Of a stretch of 64,000 nt of DNA, positions 23,621 through 36,617 are shown in pieces. Both the position numbers and the translations under genes were made by a program. Position 1 is the first letter of the stretch; each line of letters starts with the position of its first letter. The notes below the pieces were generated by a model. The model made no database searches, was not told where the DNA came from, and was given only the letters and a program-made list of their open reading frames with translations. The stretch comes from Octopus sinensis. Lineage: Eukaryota. Location: positions 55,800,001 to 55,864,000 of the forward strand of contig NC_043008.1 in assembly GCF_006345805.1 (NCBI RefSeq), read 5' to 3'.

Positions 23621-24712
23621 ACGAGTTCTACTTGAACTTCCTACTAAAAGAAAAAAACAAAAACAACAAAAAACGGCCATGGCAGCCGTCACAGTCTTTT
23701 CCTCAGCTTCTTCTCTATGTTAACCGTGCTATATGTATGTATATATGTATATACACACCACAAAATTACCAGGAAACGTTTTACAACTAAACATACATGA
23801 GGCTTGACTACTGTCTCTTTTAAAAAAAAAATTATTTATTGGAGATTTTTTTAAAAGAAAGTGAGAGAGAAACAGAGGGAAAAATATATCTTCGACGTTT
23901 CTTTGCTGATCTTCCACCACCTTGTTATACTTATATATGTATAGATATATAAATATACAGCTATAAAATCTACACACTGCTTGTATATATCATATATATC
24001 ATATATATTATATATCCATACATACACTCACTCATATGATATTCATTCATAACATATATTAACACATATATACACACACACACACTCATTTACATGATAT
24101 ATATACACATATATATCAATATATAACAATATTACACAAATACACGCCACACAAGCAATCACACATATATCCATATATATACACACACTCATTTACATAT
24201 ATATGTATATACACATATATATCAATATATAAAAACAATATTACACAAATACACACCACACAAGCACTCACATATATATCCATATATACACTCATATACC
24301 ATTCATTCATACATATATTAGCGCATATATACACACACTCATTTATGTATATATAAATATATTTATATATGTAAATGAAGATCGGTGATCGTCATGGAGC
24401 TAGGAGTTATCCAGATGACTCCACTTAATATTCTTCTACAAGACACTGTAATAATTCGCCATAGAACGACGAGGTAAGAAAGAAAACTTCTTGTTTCTAT
24501 GTTTTTCCATTCGTAATATCATTGCTTATTGCTAACATCATCACTGATAAGGATAATTATGAAGAAGAACCGAAATGCAGGAATATGAAGAGGAAGAGAG
24601 ACAAAACAGAGGCTTCCAAAATGGGAATAATTATTCCAAGATTTCTCCATCATCGTCTCCTCCTTCGTTTGCTTCTTTCATCTCTCTCCTGTCCAAAAAT
24701 CCAAAATTCTAC

Positions 24713-24819
24713 CTTGGTTTTGGTGTCTGTGTGGCACGACGACAAGCTGGCCAGAAACTGAGGGACTCGTCTGTAACGATCCACTCTAGATAAACTGTAA
24801 CCCAATTTATGTCCACTTC
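24713..24819 (-). other. Candidate 107-nt exon (UTR or coding)
   Basis: Strong acceptor gattttgtgttttccag|G, moderate donor AAG|gtagaa. Unique sequence between microsatellites, no ATG. Frame 0 is open and in phase with exon 6631-6779. Confidence 0.4.
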
Positions 24820-24979
24820 CTGGAAAACACAAAATCTGCGTGTGTATATATGTTTGTGTGTTTATGTGTGTGTGTGTGTATGTCTGTGTGAGTATGTATA
24901 AGGCGATGCCCCAGCATGGCCGCAGTCCAGTGACTAAACGTATTTGTCATTTTATGTCTGTCTTTTTATCTATCAGTCT

Positions 24980-25064
24980 ATGTATGTGTGTGTATGTATG
25001 TATGTATGTATGTAGGTAGGTAGGTATATATGTATGTATTTATGTACGTATTTATGTACGTACG

Positions 25065-25098
<34 letters not shown>

Positions 25099-25104
25099 CG
25101 TACG

Positions 25105-25138
<34 letters not shown>

Positions 25139-25802
25139 TTATGTATGTATGTACGTACGTATATATGTATGTATGTATGTACGTACGTACGTATGTATGT
25201 ATGTACGTACGTATATATGTATGTACGTACGTAGGTAGGTATATATGTATGTATTTATGTACGCATGTATGTATATATATGTATGTAGTACGTACGTATA
25301 TATATGTATGTATGTACGTACGTATATATGTATGTATGTATGTATGTACGTACCTATATATGTATGTATGTACGTACGTACGTATGTATGTATCCGTTTG
25401 TGTATCTTATTTAACGGTGTGTGTGTGTGTCTGTATGTATATATTATTTTTTTATATGTGCATACACATATATGTATGTGTTTTATATATATAAACATAC
25501 ATACACAACAGACTCCGTATGTAATCAATCTATAGACTTTAATACGTTTCTAAGTCTTGTAATTGTGTTTTAAGATTTCTTCAATTATCCATTCTTTCGC
25601 TTTGTTTAATCTTCATGTTGAAGGAACGAATTCTTCAATCAAGTGCTGGAATCGATGTAATCGACTTACCCTTTCTTCTAAAATTGGTGGTCTTGTGCCA
25701 AAGATTTGAAGCCATTCATAGACTGTTCTGTGATGTCTTCCTCATTTGTGCCCGTGACAAATAAAAAATTATTATTATTATTATTATTGGTTAACATTAA
25801 CC

Positions 25803-25855
<53 letters not shown>

Positions 25856-26248
25856 GTTGTTGTTGTTATTATAAATCACGATCCGAGGTGTGTCGCTGGT
25901 GGGTTTCAAATTTTGCTCGTACGTATATATGTGTGTGTGTATATATGTATTATGTAAAAGGTGGTATGTATAAGGCGGTGCTCCAGTATGGCCGCAGTCC
26001 GGTGACTGAAACCCACTCAAACATTGTATGTATGTGTGTATGTATGTATGTATGTATGTGTGTATGTATGTATGTATGTGTATGTGTGTATGTATGAATG
26101 TATGTGTGTATGTATGAATGTATGTATGTGTGTATGTATGAATGTATGTATGTATGTGTGTGTGTGTATGTATGAATGTATGTGTGTATGTATGTGTGTA
26201 TGTATGAATGTATGTATGTGTGTATGTATGAATGTATGTATGTATGTA

Positions 26249-26283
<35 letters not shown>

Positions 26284-26300
26284 AGTATGTATGTAGATCT
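24980..26300. repeat. (TATG/TACG)n, (ATT)n and (TATG/TGTA)n microsatellite cluster
   Basis: Direct reading. Confidence 0.95.
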
Positions 26301-26931
26301 ATGTAATGTCTGCATGTTTGTATGTATATTTGAGTATATATGTATTGTCTGCTAATGATCACAATTATATATGTATATAAAAGAGAAAAACAAAAAATAT
26401 TTCCCATTAATTGCAAGCACTCAAGAGTGTATAACATATTCTTCTTTTATATTGTCTGATAAAGCTGATTACAGCCAAAGTTGTGTTTGTGTTGCTGAGG
26501 AGGTGTAAGAAATGTGTCTTGCTTTTGTCTTTCACTCTTGTCTTTCCAAATCTTGTCTCTTTAACAGTAACAACAACACTAATAATAACAACAACAACAA
26601 TAATAATAATCACAATAATAATCATGATGACCAAATCATTTGTAATAAATTCTCTTTGTGTCCATTAAACACGCATAAACATATATGCGTATAAATGGAT
26701 GTCTTCAAAATTATAATTTTGGTAGAATTTGTTTTATAACACACATTTTGATATCATATAATATATACACATAGACACAGGCTTTACACGCGCACCTCCC
26801 CACCACACATAAATATGTGTTATGTTTGCTAGTACATGGACACATGGACATATATACATAACATATATGTATGTATGTTAAAATATTAATATTCCTTATA
26901 GCACACACACCTCAGAACACTACACACTTAC

Positions 26932-26956
26932 TCCAGCGTGGCCTTGGCAGCAATGG
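26932..26956 (-). other. Candidate 25-nt microexon CCATTGCTGCCAAGGCCACGCTGGA
   Basis: Acceptor tgatttgtttgttttag|C and consensus donor GA|gtaagt bracket a GC-rich island in AT-rich DNA. Confidence 0.55.
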
Positions 26957-27893
26957 CTAAAACAAACAAATCACAGAATTTCTACATATACATACATAGC
27001 CTATATTATATATGTATATATATATATATATACATGCATACATAGTTATGTATATGTATGTTCCATTAAGACTAATATTTGTGTAGCCTATTACACACAC
27101 ACAACTTACAAAAATAATTCATTAACATATATGTTCCATTAAGATTTTATTCGTTGCAGCACACTTTGGTATTAAACACATATGTTTTATGAGAATTTTA
27201 ATATTCTTTTTTACCACTTACAAGGACACAATTTTCCGTGACACACACATACACACACCACCACCACCACCACCAGCACATCATATATATTTCCTCAGTT
27301 TATATACACACAAAAAGCTGGATACATATATTGCCAATTCATCATCTGATGTATTTCACACACACACAGGAATAACAAAGGCACGTATGATGTGTATGAG
27401 TGCGGCTATGTTAGATTACAATATACGTATATTTCCATTTAATTAGTTACATTTGAAAATTCATTTTTGGGATACAACCTACATCAGTGAATTTGGTGTA
27501 TTTGTATCAGTGTAACATTACATACACCATGTATATCCGTTTATCAGCAGCGGCTCAGGTGTTCTGATAATGGACACACACACACACACATACATATATA
27601 CATACATGTTTGTGTTGTGTGTGTATGTGTATGTATAGAAATCAATATATTGCTATCATGTATAAGCGTTGGAAATGAAAGTATGTTGAAAATTGTGTTT
27701 TTGGCGATATATATACATATATATATATTTATTTGAGAACATATTCTTTGCGGAAAATAGCGATTTGACATCTATATCTAGCATGTTGACCGTCCACTTT
27801 TAGTGGTCAGTCCTTTAAATTTTGTATGTAAAACTATTTTAATCTTCGGATTTTTTTAATATCAATTTCTACCCTTATTAAATTATATATATA

Positions 27894-27926
<33 letters not shown>

Positions 27927-29209
27927 CGTTTTGTATCGAATTATGAAATATGTTCTATGATCAACATCATCATCATCATTGATGTTTTCTTTTTCTTCAC
28001 TCCATCTCTCCTTATTTCTATCTAACCCCGTCATCATCATTCTTCTCTCTGATTTGAGAGTATTATGCTGAAGACGGACGTGCGGTTTTTTTTCTTCATT
28101 TCTTTTTTTGTCACACTATCTATGTCATCTTCACTTTTATTTCTGCTCTTCACTTCGTCGTCCCTTTAATTATTCCTCTCTAATTATTACCATTTCATCA
28201 TCGTTGCTGATAATGATGATGATGATCATCATCATCACTGCCACCACCACCACCACCACCATCACCGCCTTCTTCATCATCGTCATCGTTGTCATCATCA
28301 TCATCCCTACTTGAAATGGTCTCATGTATTCGAAATAATTTATTTGAACATGAGTTTTTCTTTCTCTCTCTTTTTACCAGTCATGTACATATTTTATTTT
28401 AACACTTGGACTTTAGTAGCAGGCGAAGGATGTGTGTGTGTGTGTGTACACTTTCGAGGAACACATTTCGAGTTTGCTTGGCATTCGCGCCGGATCTTTG
28501 ACTAGAGGTTACTTCCCCCCGTTCGTGCCTTTCCACCGCATGCACCACCACCACCAGTTTAGGATGACCCTTTTCAGGTCATCCTAGACTGCTCATCCCC
28601 TTCTGATTAAACCATTAAGAACCCCCCACCTCCTTACATCGCTCTTTATCTCATCTCTCTCTCTATGTCCTCTCTGCACATCCGTAATCTCCATCTTTCT
28701 TCCTACCCTTCTTTTTTTATCTCTCTCTCTCTCACTTTGTTTCACTGTACATGCCTATCTGTCTATCCCTATTTTCACATCAGCCTCTTTGTCTGACAAT
28801 CACAGACAAGACAGCTGACAGTCCCCCTCTGTCTTCCTGTCACATGTCTGTTCTTCATCTCTTTATCATTGTCTGTCTTTCTCTACGCCTTGTACTACGA
28901 ATGTTTGTATTCAGGCAACCACATCTCTAAACCTTCCTCGTATAAATGTCAGTTATACATCCGTATCTTCATTTCTATATATACCTAAAAGTTGTCAATA
29001 TATATATCGCCTTATGAATACTCTAAATATGTCATTTACTGTTCGTTTTTCCCCCCACCCCACTCTCTGTCTTCTTAGATGTCTTGTCTGTGTGTCTGTG
29101 TGTAACCAGTTTTGTCTTTATCTTACCTCACTAATTTATGTAGTTTTCAAAGTATTTCTATGTATTCATTTTTTCATCTGTTGGAATATAATTCTCACAC
29201 TCACTCACT

Positions 29210-29210
29210 C

Positions 29211-29266
<56 letters not shown>

Positions 29267-29350
29267 CATACATATATACATATAACATATATATACACAG
29301 ATACACACGCATAATATGTATATATCTACACGTTCACAGACATGTGTATG

Positions 29351-29428
<78 letters not shown>

Positions 29429-29477
29429 CATATATATATGTCTAGAGTCTTAGGTATGGTATACAACTTTTTTCTCA

Positions 29478-29520
<43 letters not shown>

Positions 29521-29560
29521 GACACACGCATATATATATTATATATATATATATATATAA
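29210..29560. repeat. (AT)n/(AC)n microsatellites
   Basis: Direct reading. Confidence 0.95.
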
Positions 29561-30016
29561 ACATACACGCCTAAACTAATTATATTTACTCGTTGTGTCA
29601 GTTAACTTATTGACAAACTACAATTAACACAGAGTACCATTTGATTACATGCACACACAGTTCAGTGTAATTGCTTACACGCACACGCACACACACACAC
29701 ACGCAGAACAGACAGCGATTGGTTAAAACGGTTAACGCCTCTCACACACAGTCTTCATATCCTGACAGGAAAAAAAAATCCCAAATCGTTTTCACTTTCA
29801 CCCTGTCGAACTCCGACTGTTGTTGATTAGCCCCCAGGTCAACCCTGGTCGAACAGACTCACAACCAAAGGCGTTCCAGTAACGATCATCTAATTTTTTC
29901 CCCCCGTAGTATAGAATGTGGTACCACAGTTTCCATTGTGTTCGGTTCTTTTAAAAGCATTCGGAGTAATTCGAAAGAGATTTGCTTGTTATGATTGTTT
30001 CTAGCAGGATTAAGGC

Positions 30017-30235
30017 GTCGAGCTGGTAGAATCGTTAAGGACGTCGGGCAAAATGCTTATCGGCATTTCTTCTACCTCTTTTGGGTTCTGCGTTCAGATT
30101 CCGCTGAGATCGACTTTGACTTACATTCCTTTCGGGGTCGATGAACTTAGGTACCAGTTGTACACTGGGGTTGATGTAATCCACAGCCCCTACCCCACAA
30201 AATTCCAGGTCTTGTGTCTACGGTAGAAAGGATTA
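30017..30235 (+). mobile_element. SINE family B (short tail)
   Basis: ggcgtcgagctggtagaatcgttaag head; ctttcggggtcgat domain. Confidence 0.85.
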
Positions 30236-30597
30236 TGTCTCCCTGGCTAGCAACCACGTTGAATCGTTCTCGGGAGCATAGTTAGCATGGACGGGGTCAA
30301 GAGATTTTGTGTATTAGGGATCCCAAGACACAATTTTCGGCGATGCGACACTATTAGTTTAATGTAAAGACGCGGTAACGATTCTGCCTCGCCTTGCTGT
30401 TAATTATACTAATAATAGTTAAAAACGAGAATAATAAAACCCGTGGAACTTCCATTCGATTGCTTTACATAGAAATATTCGACTGAATATTAACAAAATA
30501 ACGTTTGAAAACCAAAGATTATCCTCTCTCTGTTTATGGTCAGTTTTGAAAAAATATTCCCTGTAAACTACAATTGTTGTAAATAATTAGGAAAGAA

Positions 30598-30922
30598 GGA
30601 CCTCCTTCGGTCACGACTGACCATGGGATTGCACCTTAGAAAATTACCCCCCGAGGCCCAAGTCCGAGCAAGGTTGTTTATGGAAGACCAGCAGTCGCCC
30701 ATGCATACCAGACTCGTCTCTCCACGCCACTGATGTTATCCAAGGGAAAGGCAAAGGTTGATACAGATTGGCACCAGTGACGTCGCAACTCATTTCTACA
30801 GCTGAGTGAACTGGAGCAACGTGAAATAAAGTGTCTTGCTCAAGAACAGAACACACAGCCCAGTCCGGGAATCAACTCTCACCTCATGATTTGTGAGCCC
30901 GATGCGCTAACCACTGAGCCAC
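30598..30922 (-). mobile_element. SINE family C
   Basis: Homologous to 3380-3682. Confidence 0.85.
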
Positions 30923-31094
30923 TAAATAATAGAACTACTAAAAGCCACGTTAATCATCGATACTATTTATTATAACACTACTATCACAGACAATACTATT
31001 TAACAATACCAACTATTATCGTTCCGAACAGCTACAATAGTAATCAATATTATTACAGCCTCTAATAACCATTATAATCTCTAATACCTGCATT

Positions 31095-31255
31095 CCGTCC
31101 GTCTTTACGTTCTTAGTTCAAACTCTGCCGAGGTCGGCATTGCCTTTCATCCATCCTTTCGAGGTCCATAAAATAAGTACCAGTTGAGTGCTGGGGGTCG
31201 ATGTAATCGACTTACCCCTCTCCCAAATTGCTGGCCTTGTACCAGAGTTTGAAAT
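31095..31255 (+). mobile_element. SINE family B, headless
   Basis: gccgaggtcggcattgcctttcatcc. Confidence 0.8.
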
Positions 31256-31504
31256 CAATATTTACTACTACAGTCATAGATAACACCATTAAGTACACCA
31301 ACGCCAACTATTATAACTACTAAATACTATTTATAATCATTATAATCGCCAATACTATTATAATTAACTTCATAGACACTGATAATCACTCTAGTCACCA
31401 TTCCCTTTAATAACTAGCAATTAATATGACCACCAATATTTACGATGGTCACGAATAACCACTTCAGTTACCCTGTCACCGTAGCTGTCAATATTAACCA
31501 ACTC

Positions 31505-32190
31505 AGTGGTTCCCAACCATTTCTTATCTATGGACCCCTTTGATTACCGTTTTATTTTGGTGGGCCCCTTTAGCCTCTCAACTTTAAAAACTAGTTTTGT
31601 GGATATTTCTTTCAAAATCCCAACTTTGTTTTTCCAACGTTAACTTGTGTAGGTTAAACTGTGTAAAATCTTAGAGAAAGAAACCCAGCTGTTTCTTCTA
31701 ATAAATACATCTAAATCAAAGTTTTTTTCATGTGTGGCAAGAAGCTTGCTTCCCAACCACATGGTTCCGGGTTCAGTCCCACTGCATGGTACTTTGGACA
31801 AGTGTACTTCTACAATAGTCTCGGTCCGACCAAACACTTGTGAGTGGATTTGGTAGACGGAAACTGAAAGAAGCCCGTCGTATATGTATATATATTCATG
31901 TGTGTATGTGTATCTCTGTCTGCCCCCCCCCAATCATTTGACAACCGATGTTAGTGTGTTTACGTCCCCGTAAATTAGCGATTCGGCAAAAGAGACCGAT
32001 AGTATAAGTACTAGGCTTACAAAGAATAAGTCCTGGGGTCGGTTTCTTCGACTAAAACTTTTTAAGGCGGTGCCCCAGCATGGTCGCAGTCAAATGGTTG
32101 AAACAAGTATAAAAAAATTACTATGGACTCCCAAAAATCTTAGGTGGACTCCGGTTGATCCCAGGTGTCATATAGACCCGGTTAAACTAA
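31505..32190. mobile_element. hAT-type MITE remnant interrupted by a SINE A
   Basis: Left end cagtggttcccaacc; degenerate right end. A related right end ggttgggaactctg lies at ~43395. Confidence 0.4.
31731..32112 (+). mobile_element. SINE family A
   Basis: Family motifs. Confidence 0.85.
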
Positions 32191-32939
32191 CTGAACATGC
32201 CCAAATTATCATACTGCACTTTTGTAAGATCCATCATTTCTTGCCCTAAAAATGCAGTGTGGTCCTTAGCTGGGCGGAAGCATAGTATAACTGGGAAGCT
32301 GGATCTGTGGACCGGGTCTCGCCGTTTGGTCTACAACCTGCTCAACACTGGTCTGCTAGATCAGGGTTGGTTTAGGATTACACAACAACTGCTACTTTGC
32401 GTATCATAGGTCTGCTGGATCAGGGCTGACGTGGGGTTATACGACGATGGCTACCTGTACGTCAGAGAACTGCTGGATTAGGGACTGATCTACAGCTGCA
32501 CTCCAACAACTATCTGTATGCTTGCTTATGGATTGACCTAGGGCTACAGAATTCCAACAACTGTAGCCATCGCTACTAACTAATAAAGAACCACCATAAA
32601 CGAGCAAACGGGGGAGCCGCTACAACGTTGCTCGAAATAGCAGCCAAATTTCTCAAATCACACACTACCATCTAAAAAAAAAAAGCATCTTTGAAAATGT
32701 GGTTGTAGATATACTGTGTTTGAAAGAAATGTGTGATGGTCATAGTTGGAATGTCTTTGCACCGCTCTATTCGATCGGAGCTGCCCAGGCGGTAAAAACA
32801 ATAACTATAGCCGTTAATTAGACTGAGATCTGTTATAGGCCCAAGGATTCATTAAGCTGGAGTTCGCCTTGGTTTCCATACTTTACAAGTGACTAAAAAT
32901 TACAATGCTCTCCCTAACTCTGAACGGAACGCAGGTCCG

Positions 32940-33040
32940 TCTCAGGTTTATTTCGCTCAAGAACACAACACCTAGTCCGGGATTCGAAACTACGATCTCA
33001 TCTTACAATCATGAATATAGCACTGTAACCACTAGGCCAC
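32940..33040 (-). mobile_element. tRNA-head/CORE SINE fragment related to family C
   Basis: Minus strand: gtggcctagtggttac...gtttcgaatcccggac...ttcttgagc. Confidence 0.6.
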
Positions 33041-33461
33041 TTAATACTCAAATCAGCAATTTGAGAAAACTTTTGTTGCTATGTACCTATGTTATGTGAA
33101 CGTGTTTTTTTAATGACACTTCATTTTATAAACTTATTGCGTTTTGCGTGGGTCAGCAGATAACATAATTAGGGTTGGGCCGTGGTGATGGTCGATTTTC
33201 TGGAACCTTTGATTCCAGATCCATTCCGGATTACTGATTTTTCCGAACCAGGGGTAGTCAGTCACCTTGGTCAACAAACACTAAATTAAAAAAATATTTA
33301 ATTTACTTCAGTAATTTAAATGAAATACAGGTATCTGTATCAATGGTACAAGTTTATTTTATTTATACTTGGTATTGAGCAACGAACACTAGTAAAACTA
33401 GTCTGGTGGCCGCAGTAATCTGAGGTTCCTGTTTTGAAAATTAGTTTGGGATGATCCTCTT

Positions 33462-33862
33462 TCTCTCTTTTTACTTGTTTCAGTCATTTTGACTGCGGCC
33501 ATGCTGGTGCACCGCCTTTAATCGAGCAACTCGACCCCGGGACTTATTCTTTTGTAAGCCCAGTACTTATTCTATCGGTCTCTTTTGCTAAACCGCTAAG
33601 TGACGGGGACATAAACACACCAGCATCAGTTGTCAAGCAATGCTAGGGGGACAAACACAGACACACAAACATACACGCACACATATATATATATACATAT
33701 ATACGACGGGCTTCTTTCAGTTTCCATCTACCAAATCCACTCACAAGACTTTGGTTGGCCCGAGGCTATTGTAGAAGACACATGCCCAAGGTGTCACGCA
33801 GTGGGACTGAACCCGGAACCATGTGGTTGGTAAACAAGCTACTTACCACACAGCCACTCCTG
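33462..33862 (-). mobile_element. SINE family A
   Basis: Family motifs. Confidence 0.9.
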
Positions 33863-33915
33863 CGATCCGTGTCCAGAAAATTGGTGTTGTAGCTGTATGT
33901 ATTTAATACCCTCCC

Positions 33916-33948
<33 letters not shown>

Positions 33949-33967
33949 GTAAAATGAAATGCACACA

Positions 33968-34356
33968 GGCGTAGATGTGGGGTAAGATGCTTGCTTCCCA
34001 ACGATGTAGTTTTGGGTTCTGTCCCACTGCGTGGCACCTTGGGCAAGAATCTTCTGCTATAAACTTAGGTCGACCAATGCCTTGTGTAAGTGGATTTGGT
34101 AAATGGAAACTGAAAGAAGCCTGTCGTATATAAATATATACATATGTGTGTGAGTATCTGTCTTCCACCACCGCTTGACAACCGGTGTTGGTGTGTTTAC
34201 ATCCCCGTAACAGCGGTTCGGCAAAAGAGGCCGATAGAATAAGTACCAGGTTTAAAAAAAGAAAAAAAAAAAAAAGAATATGTATTAGGGTCGATTCGAT
34301 CCTTCATGGCGGTATCCCAGCATGGCTGCAGTCTAATGACCGAAACAAGTAAAAGA
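33968..34356 (+). mobile_element. SINE family A, head-to-head with 33462-33862
   Basis: Family motifs. Confidence 0.85.
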
Positions 34357-34608
34357 TACACACACACGCGCGCGCACGTGCGAGAGAGTAAAAGTAAAAC
34401 TATGAAAAAAATTAAGGTAGTGTTTTGAGAAACGAAAAGATCAACCGTGTGCCCCACCATAATTTTGCTTAATATCAATCATTGATAAGATATTTGAGTT
34501 GCTTAACTCCTTTGATTTCTGAGATATCAGAGTGGAGATTCAAGCATTCACTGAAAGAAAAACCGACTGAGTGACACTGTGATATCTTATTTTACTGTTC
34601 GTTGCGTA

Positions 34609-35432
34609 TACGAGGTGCTATCAAAAAGTTCCCGGGCGAGTTATGCTTAATTAAAAAAAACAAACAACTTATTTACCTAATATTTCACGTCATCTTCTTT
34701 AAAATAATCACCTTGCGCAGCAGTACACCAGTTGCAGCGTTACTGCCATTTTTTCGAATCGGCCTGGAAGTCGTTTTTCTGTTTAGCGAGTCGAGGACCT
34801 TCTGCAATTCACTGATAATCTTGACAACGGTGTTAAAACGGCAACCATTGAGCTCCATTTTTATCGTGGGGGAAGAGATGGAAGTCCACAGGTGCTAAAT
34901 CTGGCGAATAGGACAGATGTTTTTTTAAAATTTTTACGAGAAACTCACGAGTGAAGAGAACTCAGTGACAGGGTGCATTGTCATCGTGAAGAATCCAGTT
35001 CTTCGCGCTACTTTCAAACGCTTCAAGACGTCGCAGTAGAACTCTCGATGGACGGTACGATTGGCTCCAGGGGTCGAATTCTCGATGCACAGTACTGCGG
35101 ATGTCGAACTGCGGCTCCGTCGTGCCTTCTTTGGTCTTAGAGATGCCCGTAAGCTTGCCCCAGCATGCTCAATGTCTCTGGAGCAGAATTCCCAAGTTTA
35201 GCGCAAAATTTCACGTTGGCTCTTTGTTCCAATTTCCTGTCCATGACAAAAATCGCTGACTACAGCATATACGTGATCCACAAATTTCACAACTTGTAAA
35301 GTAAGCACAGCGTTGTCACTCGCCACACTAACTCATAAAGGTCACTGCTAGCTCTCACTGCGGACGCAACCGTGTGCTGCCATCTGCTGGCGCGCTACAG
35401 AACTAGTCTGGGAACTTTTTGATACCACCTTG
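34609..35432 (-). mobile_element. Internally deleted mariner (DD34D-type) with intact TIRs
   Basis: TIRs c(g/a)aggtg(c/g)tatcaaaaagttccc flanked by TA. Minus-strand remnants WILHDDNAPCH, DLAPVDFHLFP and AAQGDYFKED. Confidence 0.9.
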
Positions 35433-35454
35433 TATTGAATGTGTTTTTATCTTT

Positions 35455-35660
35455 ATCTTTTATTTTACTCGTTTCAATCATTAGACTACGGCCATGCTTG
35501 AATTTTTAGTTGAATGACTAAGCTTGGTACTTAGTCTATCGTCCACTTTTATCAAAGTGCTAAGTTACGGTGTCTCAGACACACCAACACCCTTTGTCAA
35601 GTGGTGGTGGGGTGACAAACAGACAAAGACACACACACACATAGCTATATGAACATATAA

Positions 35661-35700
<40 letters not shown>

Positions 35701-35872
35701 GCACATAGCTACACACATATGTATACGACAGGCGTCTTTCAATTTCCGTCTACCAAATCCACTCACAAGGCTTTGGTCGGCACGAGGCTATAGAAGAAAC
35801 TTGCCCAAGGTGCCACGCAGTGGGACTAAACACGGAACCATGTGGTTGTTAAGCAAGCTTCTTATTACGCAG
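35455..35872 (-). mobile_element. SINE family A
   Basis: Family motifs. Confidence 0.8.
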
Positions 35873-35959
35873 TCATCTGCGCCTTTCTTTAAAGACTTTA
35901 AATATCTTTTGAAAACCATATTAAAGAAGAATTGTCTTATGGTCTTTATTTATCAAACA

Positions 35960-36321
35960 CTAGCAGTATTGCCCGGCGTTGCTCGGGTTTGTAAGGGAAA
36001 TAACTATATAAGCATTTTTAGAGATGTAAAGTATAATAGCCATCTCAATATGGCTAACCACAAAGGGGGGTGTTACTGTAGCTTTTTACGTTCTGAGATT
36101 TAATAATACATTTTTAGAGAGTTACTTCCCTTATATAATAGCAAAAAAATGCATTAAAAATGGGAAAAAATGATGGTAAAATTTTTTTTTAATCGTAGAC
36201 TCATCGTAGACGCGCGCTAATACCCAGATTTTGGTTACACTGCACCGCAAAATGTGGGAGTAGTTAGGAATCTAAATCGAAGGAGACAAACAGCACACAA
36301 CTTCACTTTTATATATAAAGA
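35960..36321 (-). mobile_element. Non-autonomous Helitron
   Basis: Minus strand has 5' TC and 3' CTAG, a subterminal hairpin cccgagcaacgccggg, and sits between A and T without a TSD. Confidence 0.8.
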
Positions 36322-36369
36322 TTATATGGAAAAATGATTTTCGTGGCATGGATCTTCTCATGTTCCTTT

Positions 36370-36435
36370 GCGTTGTAGCCAATCGGTTTTCTTACCTCTT
36401 CGTAGCTACCCACGTCACGCTTGGGTATAAAAGCG
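36370..36435 (+). promoter_or_regulatory. Candidate Pol II core promoter (CCAAT, CRE-like acgtca, TATA)
   Basis: agccaatc ~36378, cacgtcac ~36407 and ggtataaaagcg ~36423 in canonical order. Confidence 0.3.
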
Positions 36436-36617
36436 CAGTAAGTGCAGGGCTAATGAAGGGACCAACACGTAGAAGTGTTCTCCAATCTTTCGTTGATTTA
36501 AACGTCATTGGCCTTGCTCTCTCACATTATGCGTCTTGTACAAATGTTCGTTATTTCATTGTTTTAGCTTTGCTCCGTGTGTATAAGTCTCTTCAATTAA
36601 CACACACACACGCCATA

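Noticed and set aside
24375-24473. Plus-strand exon ending at GAG|gtaaga
   Set aside because: Good donor, but no convincing acceptor, ORF or downstream plus-strand exons.
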